A DNA stretch of 64,000 nucleotides from an archaeon (GTDB lineage Archaea > Nanobdellota > Nanobdellia > Pacearchaeales > GW2011-AR1), in contig JAYONY010000002.1 of assembly GCA_038121585.1 (NCBI GenBank), forward strand, positions 95,341 through 159,340, in the 5' to 3' direction. The notes under the pieces were generated by a model. That model was not told the origin of the DNA and searched no databases. It saw only the letters and a list, made by a program, of their open reading frames with translations. The position numbers and the translations under genes are program-made. This document shows, piece by piece, positions 1 to 9,138 of the stretch. The stretch's first letter is position 1; every line of letters starts with the position of its first letter.

Positions 1-308
1 AGTGCAACTCCAGCCCCAATCAGGCTTGCGGTATCAACTGGTCGAATATCTTTTTCTCCTTTATAAAATGCAGCGATACAAATAATGCCTGTTAATAATG
101 AGGTAAGTCCGAGCGCGATGGATGCTATGCCTGCATTATAGAGCACTTGTGTCACAAAGCCGATACCTGTTAGTATGCTCCAGATGAGCCAGGTGTATGC
201 ATGAGGTTTTGTTCTCTTTTTTATCAGAAATTCACGCAAGTAAAAAAGATAGCTGATAATGGCAATTAGGCCTGCAGTAAGTCCTAGGATAATTGTAACT
301 GAAAACAT
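1..308 (-). CDS. Membrane protein, N-terminal part (gene runs off the left edge)
   Basis: Own translation of the minus strand from ATG at 308..306: MFSVTIILGLTAGLIAIISYLFYLREFLIKKRTKPHAYTWLIWSILTG..., open to position 1 and hydrophobic. Absent from the track because it is edge-truncated. Confidence 0.5.
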   Translation of the reverse strand, partial: MFSVTIILGLTAGLIAIISYLFYLREFLIKKRTKPHAYTWLIWSILTGIGFVTQVLYNAGIASIALGLTSLLTGIICIAAFYKGEKDIRPVDTASLIGAGVA

Positions 309-406
309 GGTGCACCTCTCAGATGTTGATTGCAAAGAGTGTATAAAAATAGCAGGATTTTATTGAAACTACTTTTAAATAGTTACAATATAGATAGTTT
401 TTTAAA

Positions 407-1165
407 TTGAATGTTTATAAGGAAAATATGAAACTTACAACGTTACGACAGATGGATAATACGCTACAAAATTATAAGGGTATTTTTAACACTGATGAGC
501 TGAAGGTTCTTGATACATGTGCAATAATTGGTCCTTTTAGTGATGCTAATATAGATGCTAACCAGTATTTTCTCAATAGTCTAGAAAAAATTGTGAATGA
601 TAGTGTTTCATTTCCTGAGGAAGCGATTGAAGAGTATCTTGCGGGAATCAAAAGATCACTTAAGTATGTTAAGGAAAGAAAGGGGGCATTAGGTAATAGA
701 AGGAATGATAGTAATACTAAGCGAATAAAGAAACGATTAAAGGACATTTCTCATCAAGCACGATTGAAAAGAGCGATGCTAGATGGTTTTTCAGATAGCT
801 ATTCTACTGAGAGTCATTTCTCTCAAGAGGGAAGAGATGCACAACCAAATATTGCAAAAGCCCTAATTGCAGTTGCACGAGAAATTCCAGATTTGGAGGA
901 TGAGGATATTGAGAGTGATGCGGTTATATTATCTAAAGCAGTTGCAGCATCATACGATGTGCCAACAAATATCTTGACTCGAGATCGGGATTTAGTACGG
1001 TTATTCACGTATTATAATGCACGAAAACGTGCATTAGGTGACCAATATGGTTTTGCAGTGCCTGAAAATGAAATAAATGTTACCTTGCCTCTAAAAAGTG
1101 TAAATCGTGTGTATTTTCCTGAAAATTCTAGAACGGGTGTTACAGATTATCCGCTTTTTGAATAA
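407..1165 (+). CDS. PIN-like domain protein with large insertion (tandem paralog 1)
   Basis: Shares blocks with 1228..2007 (IVNDSVSFPEEAIEEY/IVNDSVSFPKETIEEF, YSTESHFSQEG/YSTESHLSQEG, ILTRDRDLVRLF/ILTKDYDFPRLL). KVLDTCAIIG and DAVILSKAVA..NILTRDRD resemble the first and last acidic PIN motifs. Track start is TTG; an ATG lies at 428. Confidence 0.45.
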   Translation: MNVYKENMKLTTLRQMDNTLQNYKGIFNTDELKVLDTCAIIGPFSDANIDANQYFLNSLEKIVNDSVSFPEEAIEEYLAGIKRSLKYVKERKGALGNRRNDSNTKRIKKRLKDISHQARLKRAMLDGFSDSYSTESHFSQEGRDAQPNIAKALIAVAREIPDLEDEDIESDAVILSKAVAASYDVPTNILTRDRDLVRLFTYYNARKRALGDQYGFAVPENEINVTLPLKSVNRVYFPENSRTGVTDYPLFE

Positions 1166-1196
1166 AGATCAAAGTACGTAAGTTAGGTAAGGGTAG

Positions 1197-1207
1197 CTTT
1201 AAATATT
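1197..1207 (+). promoter_or_regulatory. TATA-like box (CTTTAAATATT), centred about 26 nt upstream of ATG 1228
   Basis: A/T box at archaeal TATA distance from the start codon, implying a leaderless transcript. The same geometry recurs at many genes in the window. Confidence 0.45.
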
Positions 1208-1227
1208 GTTTTTATCGTCGATACATT

Positions 1228-2007
1228 ATGAATGAACCTCGAAGAGATCCTTACGAATACCTTCCTATAGGGCATCGTTTAGAAGTCTGCAATACTTTGT
1301 TTAACCAAGGAGGTCTTAAGATAGTTGATAATTCATTCTTATGGGGTTTTGATTTTTTTAACCGCGATTTTGATACCTCTGAGGATTCGATAGCTAATGC
1401 AGGGATATTTTGGTCAGGGCTTGATGGAATTGTGAATGATAGTGTTTCATTTCCAAAAGAGACAATTGAAGAATTTGCAGATGGGATTCGGTTAGTAAAA
1501 AGAAACGCTCGTAGAAGAAGAAGGAATATCAGCGGAAGGGCAGAGCGACATCGTGATAGAATCTATGAATTATCTCGTTTGGGATCAAATGTTGCTAATG
1601 TTGGAAAGCGAGTAGCACGAAAATTTGCAAGGGGCTATTCCACAGAGAGTCATCTTTCACAAGAAGGATTGCAAGCTTTACAAGTAATGTATCCTGCTGT
1701 TACTAAGGTGGCTCAAAATGAATGGGTGTCTCGAAAAAAAGACATGGCAAGTGATTGCAGAATCTTCACTAAAGCACTTGCTGCAGCTGTTGATAATCCT
1801 GTTTCAATACTCACCAAGGATTATGATTTTCCACGATTACTCTCGGCTTTTTATGAGCAGAAAGATCATCTAGCTATCCAGTATGGGTTTAATGGGCCTG
1901 TTCATGAAGTAAGTGTTGTTCACTCGAATAATGAAGTTGCTACGCATCACTATCCACACCCACAATCTGGAACGTGTGCGTCGGAATCAATTAAACTTGA
2001 TGTATGA
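1228..2007 (+). CDS. PIN-like domain protein with large insertion (tandem paralog 2)
   Basis: Paralog of 407..1165. KIVDNSFLWG and ILTKDYDFPRLL sit at the PIN-like positions. Confidence 0.45.
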   Translation: MNEPRRDPYEYLPIGHRLEVCNTLFNQGGLKIVDNSFLWGFDFFNRDFDTSEDSIANAGIFWSGLDGIVNDSVSFPKETIEEFADGIRLVKRNARRRRRNISGRAERHRDRIYELSRLGSNVANVGKRVARKFARGYSTESHLSQEGLQALQVMYPAVTKVAQNEWVSRKKDMASDCRIFTKALAAAVDNPVSILTKDYDFPRLLSAFYEQKDHLAIQYGFNGPVHEVSVVHSNNEVATHHYPHPQSGTCASESIKLDV

Positions 2008-2048
2008 AATTTGCAGATTCCAATAATTGATAGATATAAAAACCCTTT

Positions 2049-2240
2049 TTGTTATTAGAAACTATGGTAACTGAAAAAAGAGTGACGCATGCACGGCATC
2101 AACTAGAAACTATTCTGGTTATTCTCATTACTGCTATGCTCATTGGTAGTTTTGGGTGGCTTGTAGGGCTTGTTATTGCGGTTGTTGCGGCAGTGCTCTA
2201 TAATTCCTATCGCCACAAAAAATTAGATTCTAAAAAGTAG
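2049..2240 (+). CDS. Small two-helix membrane protein
   Basis: 63 aa, hydrophobic core, basic tail. A shorter look-alike ORF (2281/2293..2385, tail ALYRKRKKK) follows. Confidence 0.3.
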   Translation: MLLETMVTEKRVTHARHQLETILVILITAMLIGSFGWLVGLVIAVVAAVLYNSYRHKKLDSKK

Positions 2241-2397
2241 TATTGTAAATAAAGTAGGGTGCTATTTTCAAATTATAGGATTGCTTTTCGTAATGGTCAT
2301 TGTTGCATACGCCTTTAGTCCTTTATTTGCAATTGCTATTGGTGTTGCTGCAGGTGCACTATATAGGAAACGAAAGAAAAAATAATTCTTGAAGTTG

Positions 2398-2745
2398 TTA
2401 AAAAAAGCTGGGGATATTAAAGAATATTCTAAGTATAATCTCTATTATAGTTGCTGATATAATAACAAAGAGTACTTGCAAAATCCAAACAAAGAGTGCT
2501 TTGTTCCAGGTTAATTTGTATGCTCGTTTGTAAATAATAAGTAATGTAAATACTGAAAGTAGTCCTAGGAAATAAGGTATAATCGCATTTAGTAGTGCTA
2601 CCGTTACTCCGGCAATGAATGTTATTAGTAATGCTTTTGAATAAGTTGATTTTCGCTTTACTATGCGAACTGCTTTGTGCAATGGGAGTGCTGATAGTAA
2701 AAATAATACGAGGCTAATAAAAAGGGGTAGTAGTTCTGCCATCAT
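2398..2745 (-). CDS. Polytopic membrane protein
   Basis: 115 aa, about 4 hydrophobic helices, ATG start. Confidence 0.45.
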   Translation of the reverse strand: MMAELLPLFISLVLFLLSALPLHKAVRIVKRKSTYSKALLITFIAGVTVALLNAIIPYFLGLLSVFTLLIIYKRAYKLTWNKALFVWILQVLFVIISATIIEIILRIFFNIPSFF

Positions 2746-2765
2746 TCATTGATGGTAGGGGGGTA

Positions 2766-3374
2766 TTAATGATTTTCGAGCCAATCATGGGCAGCTTTAA
2801 TCTCTTCAACATGTAATTCATGTCCCCACGACCAGGTTTTCACGTGCAAATGGGCTTTGCTTTCTCGCAAGTAATCAATTAGATCTTGTGTTTTTTCAGG
2901 GGGGATTAAATCGTCGCGTTCCCCGCGTGAGAGAAACACGTGCGTATCTGAAAGTGTAGGGATTGTTTTTGGTATGCCTGGGAGGAGTGCTTTAAACAAG
3001 AGCGCTCCTTTGACAATGAGCTTACTTTGTAATAGCAGGTTTGCAGCCATATTAGCTCCGTTTGAGAATCCAAGTACATACACTTCTTTTTTGTCAAGCT
3101 TGTAGTCTTTGAGTGCTTTTTTGAGAAATAGTGCTAGCTCTTCGGTACGGGTTTCTAAATCTTGTTGATCAAATTCTCCGTTTTCGGGTAGTTTAAACCA
3201 GCGTAGCATCCCGTGCTGTTCTGATTTGCCGCGTGGGCTGAGAATACTTGCGGTAGCGTCAAGTCGTTTTGCAAGGGGGAGGAGGTCGTGTTCGTCAGCG
3301 CCGGTACCGTGCAAGAGGATAAATAATTTGGTTCCTGTTCCCTGTGTGAATACGTGTTCGAAATGTACTGTCAT
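2766..3374 (-). CDS. Alpha/beta-hydrolase, phospholipase/carboxylesterase family (MhqD-like)
   Basis: LLHGTGADEHDLLPLA and nucleophile elbow GFSNGANM. Its ATG overlaps the stop of the upstream dioxygenase gene by 4 nt. Confidence 0.75.
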   Translation of the reverse strand: MTVHFEHVFTQGTGTKLFILLHGTGADEHDLLPLAKRLDATASILSPRGKSEQHGMLRWFKLPENGEFDQQDLETRTEELALFLKKALKDYKLDKKEVYVLGFSNGANMAANLLLQSKLIVKGALLFKALLPGIPKTIPTLSDTHVFLSRGERDDLIPPEKTQDLIDYLRESKAHLHVKTWSWGHELHVEEIKAAHDWLENH

Positions 3375-4309
3375 TTTTTCCCCTCTAGTGGTTGTAGTTC
3401 TTTTTCTATGTCTGCTCGTTTGTCTTCAAACCATGCAGGTAGTTTAAGGTGCGTACCGAGTTCTTGTTCGGGTTCATCAACCGTAAAGCCGGGGTTGTCA
3501 GTTGCAATTTCAAAGAGTATTCCTCCTGGTTCACGAAAGTAGATTGAGTGAAAGTAGTTACGGTCAATAATATGTGTTGGGTTTCGATGGAGTTCTGAAA
3601 GTTCTTCACGGTCTTTTTTTTCGGTTTCATCATCTTTGGTACGGTATGCCACGTGGTGAATTGTACCATGGCCGAGCTGTCCTGGTGGAGCATCAGGACT
3701 GCATACTATATCTACAAACGTTGCGGGTATTGCGTCTATTTTAGGTTTGAATCGATGTCTATTGTTCTCTTCAGATACCTCTTCAAAACCCATTTTTTCA
3801 AGGAGCTTAGCAGTATCTTCATACCCTTCTTGCGTTAAAGTAACTGAGTGAAATCCTTTTACTGAATAGTCTTCTGGTACTGCTTCGTTCCAGCCATGAT
3901 CTGCTTGGTGTTTTGCAAGCGGGGTAGCGATGAGTTCGAGAAGTAAGCCGTCAGGATCTTCAAAACTAAGTACTGTCTCCCTAAATCGTTCTGAAAAGGA
4001 AAGTTTTATCTTTTTCTGAGTAAGGCGTTGCTTCCAATAGTCAACTGCTTGTTCGGGGATGGTAAATCCGATTGCTGTTGCCTGGCCAGTTCCTCGTTTC
4101 CCATTAGGGACTTCTTTCCAGGGGAAGAAGGTGAGTGCAGTGCCAGGGTGGCCTGTCGTATCCCCGTAATAGAGGTGGTAGGTATAGGGGTCGTCAAAAT
4201 TAACTGTTTTTTTCACGAAACGTAGCCCTAAGACGTTCGTGTAAAAATCATAGTTTTTCTGCGCATTTGACGCGATTGCAGTAATGTGGTGTATGCCTAG
4301 TAAGTTCAT
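3371..4309 (-). CDS. Ring-cleaving dioxygenase, glyoxalase/VOC superfamily (MhqA/MhqE/MhqO-like)
   Basis: N-terminus GIHHITAIASNAQKNYDFYTNVLGLRFVKKTVNFDDPYTYHLYYGD and a second VOC repeat HHVAYRT..NYFHSIYFREPGGILFEIATD, typical of Bacillus Mhq-type dioxygenases. Confidence 0.8.
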   Translation of the reverse strand: MNLLGIHHITAIASNAQKNYDFYTNVLGLRFVKKTVNFDDPYTYHLYYGDTTGHPGTALTFFPWKEVPNGKRGTGQATAIGFTIPEQAVDYWKQRLTQKKIKLSFSERFRETVLSFEDPDGLLLELIATPLAKHQADHGWNEAVPEDYSVKGFHSVTLTQEGYEDTAKLLEKMGFEEVSEENNRHRFKPKIDAIPATFVDIVCSPDAPPGQLGHGTIHHVAYRTKDDETEKKDREELSELHRNPTHIIDRNYFHSIYFREPGGILFEIATDNPGFTVDEPEQELGTHLKLPAWFEDKRADIEKELQPLEGKK

Positions 4310-4396
4310 ACTAGTCTCTTTTTCTCATTATTAATAAAGATATTGCGTTTTGGTTTTCAAGTAGTATTTTTATAGGCTGTATTGCTTAGTGATAGT

Positions 4397-4696
4397 ATGG
4401 TTAAAAAAAAGAGTGTTCGCAAAAAAGCAAACTCTAAGAAAAAATTATATTTGGAACAAAAGGCAAGTAAGCAATCAAAACAAGAACATGATTGGCAGAA
4501 AAAACGTGTTGAATCATTTGTGAATACGTTGTTTATTGTGTATGCAGCACTCCTTGCTGTTCCATTACTAATTCTTACTGCTACATCAACTGACACGAGT
4601 CCTATAATGGTTGTTGTTTGGGCAGTAGTTATTATTGGCGGTCCAGTGCTCATTTACAAAACAGTGCTTTTTATGGTGAGAAAGGGTTCTCGGTAA
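4397..4696 (+). CDS. Lys-rich N-terminus, two-TM membrane protein
   Basis: Track ORF trimmed from TTG 4382 to ATG 4397 (MVKKKSVRKK...). Confidence 0.4.
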   Translation: MVKKKSVRKKANSKKKLYLEQKASKQSKQEHDWQKKRVESFVNTLFIVYAALLAVPLLILTATSTDTSPIMVVVWAVVIIGGPVLIYKTVLFMVRKGSR

Positions 4697-4734
4697 CGGA
4701 ATAGGTTTAAATTACATGAGTCTATTACTCTGTC

Positions 4735-5142
4735 ATGACACTCAAAACCGTTCCTACAAAAAAAAGTGTTTCTGCATTGGTAAATGCTATTGAGGATGAT
4801 GCAAAGCGTAAGGATACTAAAGAACTCATTGCACTTATGAAAAAAATCACTGGCAAACGGCCCGTAATTTGGGGCGATAATTTCATCATTGGGTTTGGAA
4901 CATACAAGTACAAGCGAAAACATAGCAAGGAAGAACTTGAATGGTTTAATGTCGGATTTGCACCAAGAAAAACAAATATTACCTTGTACGTAACGTGTTA
5001 TTTAGAAAAAGAGCCATTGATTAAAAAATTAGGGAAATGCAAGCATGGTAAGGGGTGTTTGTATATTAAGAAATTAGAAGATATTGACTTGGAAGTGCTC
5101 AAAAAACTAATTGCAAAGTACAAAGATGCTGCGTGGTATTAA
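4735..5142 (+). CDS. DUF1801 / YdhG-like protein
   Basis: KSVSALVNAIEDDAKRKDTKELIALMKKITGKRPVIWGDNFIGFGTYKY matches the YdhG-like pattern as I recall it. Confidence 0.55.
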   Translation: MTLKTVPTKKSVSALVNAIEDDAKRKDTKELIALMKKITGKRPVIWGDNFIIGFGTYKYKRKHSKEELEWFNVGFAPRKTNITLYVTCYLEKEPLIKKLGKCKHGKGCLYIKKLEDIDLEVLKKLIAKYKDAAWY

Positions 5143-5228
5143 CATCCGGTGTCAATTGCCCACTGTGGCGCTTCACACTTTTCTTGCGTATCAGACGTAT
5201 TTTCTTCATTTTTCGTTTCAGTGCTTGT

Positions 5229-5837
5229 CTACGCAAAAACGATTGTTGTAGCAATAACTCCCATAAGAAGTATGAACAAGATAAGAATAGCGATGTGTGT
5301 GTCTCGCACTTTTTGAATTGGCTCTTTGCGCTTTATGGCACATGCTCCTCCAGGACAGAGTTTGGCTTTTTCTTTATTGAAGAGATTATAGAGTTTGCAT
5401 CCGATGCAAATGCCAAATGCCGCTTCAAAAAATAAGAGGGTAAGGCATATGAGGCAAATGCTAAGGTTGAGTGGGCCGCGAACATCAAATGTAACAACAA
5501 GGAAAAACATGGTCACTGCAAGTGCCCATCCGAGTAACCAGGCGAATTTTTTCTGTGGTGCTCCTGCATACTCGACTGTTTGATTGCGAACAAATATGCG
5601 TCCAAGAATCATGGCAGGGGAAAATTGCGGGGAGATAAAAAGTCTGATTGTAAAATCAGAGAGAAAAATGATAACAAATAATTTGATGTAGTTGAAATTG
5701 CCAAGTAGCCAAGCGTTCATAAATGCAATAAATGCGCCTAGAAACATAATCCCTGCTGCAGCGCGTACTTCTCGCTCATTAACGACTCGAACTTCAACTC
5801 CAGGTACTTTCTCTCCAAATCCAAACAGTGTTTTCAT
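5229..5837 (-). CDS. DUF4395-like membrane protein with C-terminal Cys cluster
   Basis: VVNEREVRAAAGIMFLGAFIAF, four helices, then CIGCKLY..CPGGAC. Confidence 0.45.
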   Translation of the reverse strand: MKTLFGFGEKVPGVEVRVVNEREVRAAAGIMFLGAFIAFMNAWLLGNFNYIKLFVIIFLSDFTIRLFISPQFSPAMILGRIFVRNQTVEYAGAPQKKFAWLLGWALAVTMFFLVVTFDVRGPLNLSICLICLTLLFFEAAFGICIGCKLYNLFNKEKAKLCPGGACAIKRKEPIQKVRDTHIAILILFILLMGVIATTIVFA

Positions 5838-5922
5838 ACCTGAGTGGTTTTTCAGATGTTTATAAAGCTAGAGTAAACAGGGTAAATGAACCTTTTTTAT
5901 ACTCGTTTATGCTAGTAGCTAT

Positions 5923-6393
5923 ATGAAAATTAGTTGGGGTGTTTTGATTGGGCTTATTATTGTGTGTAATCTAGTTGGTGCACTGGGCACGCTTTGGACG
6001 AGTCCTGATGGGGAATGGTATTCGTCAATTACCAAGCCGAGTTTTAACCCTCCTAGTTGGGTGTTTGGTCCTGTCTGGACAATGTTATTTACTCTAATGG
6101 GTGTTGCACTCTATCTTGTAGTGCAGGCTCCTGATTCACGAGATAAAAAAATGGGACTTATCTTTTTCGGAGTACAATTTATTTTCAATGTGCTCTGGAG
6201 TTACTTGTTTTTTGGAATAAATAATCCGTTAGCGGCATTTGTAGAAATTCTAGTGTTGCTTGGTCTTATCATTTGTACTGGGATATACTTTTTCAGAGTT
6301 CGCAAAGCTGCAGGTTACTTGCTTATTCCCTATATTTTCTGGGTTAGCTTTGCAAGTGTTTTAACATTTAGTATCTGGAGATTAAATGGGTAA
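5923..6393 (+). CDS. tspO: TspO/MBR tryptophan-rich sensory protein
   Basis: WYSSITKPSFNPPSWVFGPVWTMLFTLMG and five TM helices. Confidence 0.85.
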   Translation: MKISWGVLIGLIIVCNLVGALGTLWTSPDGEWYSSITKPSFNPPSWVFGPVWTMLFTLMGVALYLVVQAPDSRDKKMGLIFFGVQFIFNVLWSYLFFGINNPLAAFVEILVLLGLIICTGIYFFRVRKAAGYLLIPYIFWVSFASVLTFSIWRLNG

Positions 6394-6625
6394 GCAAACA
6401 TACATTATCGCACAAAAACCTAACCTGCCAATTATTGTTTGGTTTGTAAGTTTTGTATTATTACAGTTTTTTTCTATTGGGGTTGTTCACACGTTGCTTG
6501 CGCTTATATCCTTCGGAGCTATTTTTACTTGGGCATGGCTTGAAATCTTTCAAGGGGTTAATGCTTTTAGAAAAGTTCTTGGGGGGGTTGTAATGGCCTT
6601 TATTCTACTCTCTCGAATCTTCTAA
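6386..6625 (+). CDS. Small membrane protein
   Basis: 79 aa, two to three helices. Its start overlaps the tspO stop by 8 nt. Confidence 0.4.
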   Translation: MGKQTYIIAQKPNLPIIVWFVSFVLLQFFSIGVVHTLLALISFGAIFTWAWLEIFQGVNAFRKVLGGVVMAFILLSRIF

Positions 6626-7038
6626 GTTTTTTGTGATTCAACGTACTGTTTGAAATGCTTAAGAATGGCTTCCCATCCTTTTTTTTGCGCAGTTTTCGGA
6701 TTAATAGTTTCTGCTTCTATAACATAGGTTACAAGTGTTCCTGTATCTGTTTCGTTAAAAGTAATTTCTGCGGTTCGTCCGTCTTCCATTGTGTACGCTA
6801 GAGTGTTTGGGGGTTCTATACGGGTAAAAATCCCTCTAAAATCAAATTGTTCACTTTTGTCTTTTGCAGCCATTGTATAAGTAAAGGTTCCTCCTACTTT
6901 GAGTTCATTACGAGCTTTTGGACATTCCCACGTTTCCGAAGAGTAGTTCCAGTGTTCAATATCTGAGGGGGTAGTAAAGTACATCCAGACATCTTTCGCT
7001 GATGCGTTAATAGTTGTTTTAACAGTAATGGTGCTCAT
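6622..7038 (-). CDS. SRPBCC / AHSA1-like domain protein
   Basis: Size and pattern (INASAKDVWMYFTTPSDIEHW, FDFRGIFTRIEPPNTLAYT) match the Aha1/START-like fold family. Confidence 0.7.
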   Translation of the reverse strand: MSTITVKTTINASAKDVWMYFTTPSDIEHWNYSSETWECPKARNELKVGGTFTYTMAAKDKSEQFDFRGIFTRIEPPNTLAYTMEDGRTAEITFNETDTGTLVTYVIEAETINPKTAQKKGWEAILKHFKQYVESQKT

Positions 7039-7083
7039 TAATGAATGGGGGTAGTAAGGAGTTATAATTATTTGTATTGCTAG

Positions 7084-7755
7084 TTAGAAATCAACTTTTA
7101 CGCCTACTACTGGCACGATGTTTTTGAATTTGATGCCGTCAGCATCTCCTTGATGTGTTGCACGAATAAATGCGCTTGTTTTATCAGTTAATTTGTAATC
7201 AAGATTTGCTTCAGTATACACTGTGTCTTTTTCGCTTGGTACAAAGTTATAGTCTACGCGAAGGTTTCCTGTAAGGTTGTCATCGAACTTTTGATTAGTT
7301 CGCACACTTAGTTGTGATCCGAAATCTCCTGATGTTTCAAAAGGAAGTAGTTTTATGTAGGTACGGTTAGTTTCGCCGGTGTCTGGTGTGAAGGAAACCC
7401 CCAGTCTGAGTAGATCTTTGAAGTCTGAACCCCCATTATATTCAAGCACTCCTCCAAAACGAGTTAGGTTATCGCTGACGTCACCAAGGAGTCTGTCTAG
7501 TGTAAGTTCAGTATAGTAGTGTTCAGAATCAAGCGGTCGTTTTTTAGTTGCATCAATGTCTGCATAGCCAAAGAGTCGTGTCGGAGCAACAGCATCTTCT
7601 TGGAGCGGTGTTTCACCCTCAAAACGAACGGTGGTATGGTTGTGTTTTAGATCATATCCTGGTCGAGCACGTAATGACTGATCTGTCTGAGGAACCCCGC
7701 TACAGCCAACCGTTAGTGCAAGTAATCCTCCGCCAATAAGTGATTTGAGTCCCAT
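7084..7755 (-). CDS. Putative lipoprotein, beta-strand-rich, ending in aromatic residue
   Basis: Signal peptide plus lipobox-like LTVGCSG. Alternating hydrophobic pattern and C-terminal VGVKVDF. Confidence 0.5.
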   Translation of the reverse strand: MGLKSLIGGGLLALTVGCSGVPQTDQSLRARPGYDLKHNHTTVRFEGETPLQEDAVAPTRLFGYADIDATKKRPLDSEHYYTELTLDRLLGDVSDNLTRFGGVLEYNGGSDFKDLLRLGVSFTPDTGETNRTYIKLLPFETSGDFGSQLSVRTNQKFDDNLTGNLRVDYNFVPSEKDTVYTEANLDYKLTDKTSAFIRATHQGDADGIKFKNIVPVVGVKVDF

Positions 7756-7804
7756 GCACTCTTCACATTATCGTCGGTATTCTTAAAGATTTATGTGATT
7801 AACT

Positions 7805-8050
7805 CTATCTATGAGGGCATCCTGGCCAGCAACAGGGTCTACGCTTACCCTGTAAGAGATCTTCACATCCGCGCTTTATTCGTTTAACTCGTGTCTCTTC
7901 TTTTTTTGCAGCGGTCATCCAGCAAATAAATTCGTTTCGTGCGAGTGGCGTTAGGTCATTCCACGCTTCTACCAATTGTTCTGACGCGGTGAGTGCTTTA
8001 CGCAGGTCTGCGGGGATGGTGTGTACCGCGCCTTGAGAAAGGTTTGTCAT
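7805..8050 (-). CDS. YdeI/OmpD-associated-like protein
   Basis: Track ORF trimmed to ATG 8050 because its upstream part overlaps the divergent gene. LARNEFICWMTAAKKEETRVKRI and terminal RRPCCWPGCPH are typical of this family. Confidence 0.55.
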   Translation of the reverse strand: MTNLSQGAVHTIPADLRKALTASEQLVEAWNDLTPLARNEFICWMTAAKKEETRVKRIKRGCEDLLQGKRRPCCWPGCPHR

Positions 8051-8100
8051 TAGTGTTAGGGGTATTATACGTTTATATAATCCAGTGTATTTGGTATTGC

Positions 8101-9096
8101 ATGGGGAAAAAAGGGGTATTTGTGAGTGTTTCCGTGGTTGTTGCGCTCGCAGGATTGATAGTTTTCCTTGCAGGTCCAATCCCGCAAGAATCGCCTCAAA
8201 CATATAGTCTCCCTGAGCCTCCAATACAGCAACAACCTGCTCCAGGGAATATTCCTCCAGAAGCGCCGAGTGGCGAGGAGTTTTATGCTTCACAGCAAGC
8301 TGAAGGGTTTACCGTTTCTCAGAATGAACTGCTTTTCACAGGAGGGTATGCTGACCCTTCAGTTATTGAGTTTGGAGGCCGGTATCTGATGTATTTGAAT
8401 ACGTTTGGTGGAACGCAAACCGGGGTGTATATTCTTGAGTCGAGTGATGGGGTTACCTGGTCTGAACTCACTGAGGTTATTTTTCCAGGCATTGCTACCG
8501 CGCGAGCGTTCGAGTTTGAGAGGGGTATACGGTTGTACTATCCAAATAATGGGGAATTACATAGTACTATTTCCGTCGATGGAGTAACAAATTGGGTTGA
8601 GGATGGGGTGTTGCTTAGTCCGAAAACGGGCTATAAGCTTGAAGGTCCAACGGTGATTCAAACAGCTTCAGGCTATCGTATGTTTTTTGACGAGTTTGAC
8701 GCAGCAAGTCAAGGGGATGGGAATATTCTGACTGGTGAAATCTATGGAGCGAGCTCACCTGATGGTGTTGCATGGACTCGTGATGCACAGCCAACTATCG
8801 TATTTGAAGATGCAGTTGAGGGATTTGGTAGGGCTGGATCACCAAAGCAGGTCTTACACCCATTCATTATTGAAGTTGCAGGCAGAGGGTATTATATGTT
8901 TTACAACGCTCATTCAGAAGTATTTGTTGCTCATTCTGATGATGCTGTTACCTGGGAGAAACTCGGGTATGTAGGGTTACACGGGGCTGATGTTGATATT
9001 ATCCCGTTAGATGATGGTACATTTAGGATGTACTATGGTGATTTTAGTCCTGAAACGCTAGGGGTTGTTTATACCACTATTTTAAGGCTTGAATAG
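8101..9096 (+). CDS. Membrane-anchored beta-propeller glycosidase-like protein (GH32/43/68-like)
   Basis: Trimmed to ATG 8101 (anchor MGKKGVFVSVSVVVALAGLIVFLAG). Repeated blade-like segments YLMYLN, IRLYY, YRMFFDEF, YYMFYNAH, FRMYYGDF. Confidence 0.45.
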   Translation: MGKKGVFVSVSVVVALAGLIVFLAGPIPQESPQTYSLPEPPIQQQPAPGNIPPEAPSGEEFYASQQAEGFTVSQNELLFTGGYADPSVIEFGGRYLMYLNTFGGTQTGVYILESSDGVTWSELTEVIFPGIATARAFEFERGIRLYYPNNGELHSTISVDGVTNWVEDGVLLSPKTGYKLEGPTVIQTASGYRMFFDEFDAASQGDGNILTGEIYGASSPDGVAWTRDAQPTIVFEDAVEGFGRAGSPKQVLHPFIIEVAGRGYYMFYNAHSEVFVAHSDDAVTWEKLGYVGLHGADVDIIPLDDGTFRMYYGDFSPETLGVVYTTILRLE

Positions 9097-9138
9097 GGAT
9101 TACAAGGGTTTAAATGCTGTTAAAAACCGGGATTATTG

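Noticed and set aside
7993-8293. Long N-terminal extensions of the two divergent ORFs (7993..9096 plus strand, 7805..8293 minus strand), which overlap each other.
   Set aside because: Mutual antisense overlap is implausible. Both have internal ATGs (8101, 8050) that give sensible N-termini: a signal anchor, and a YdeI-like domain of normal size.
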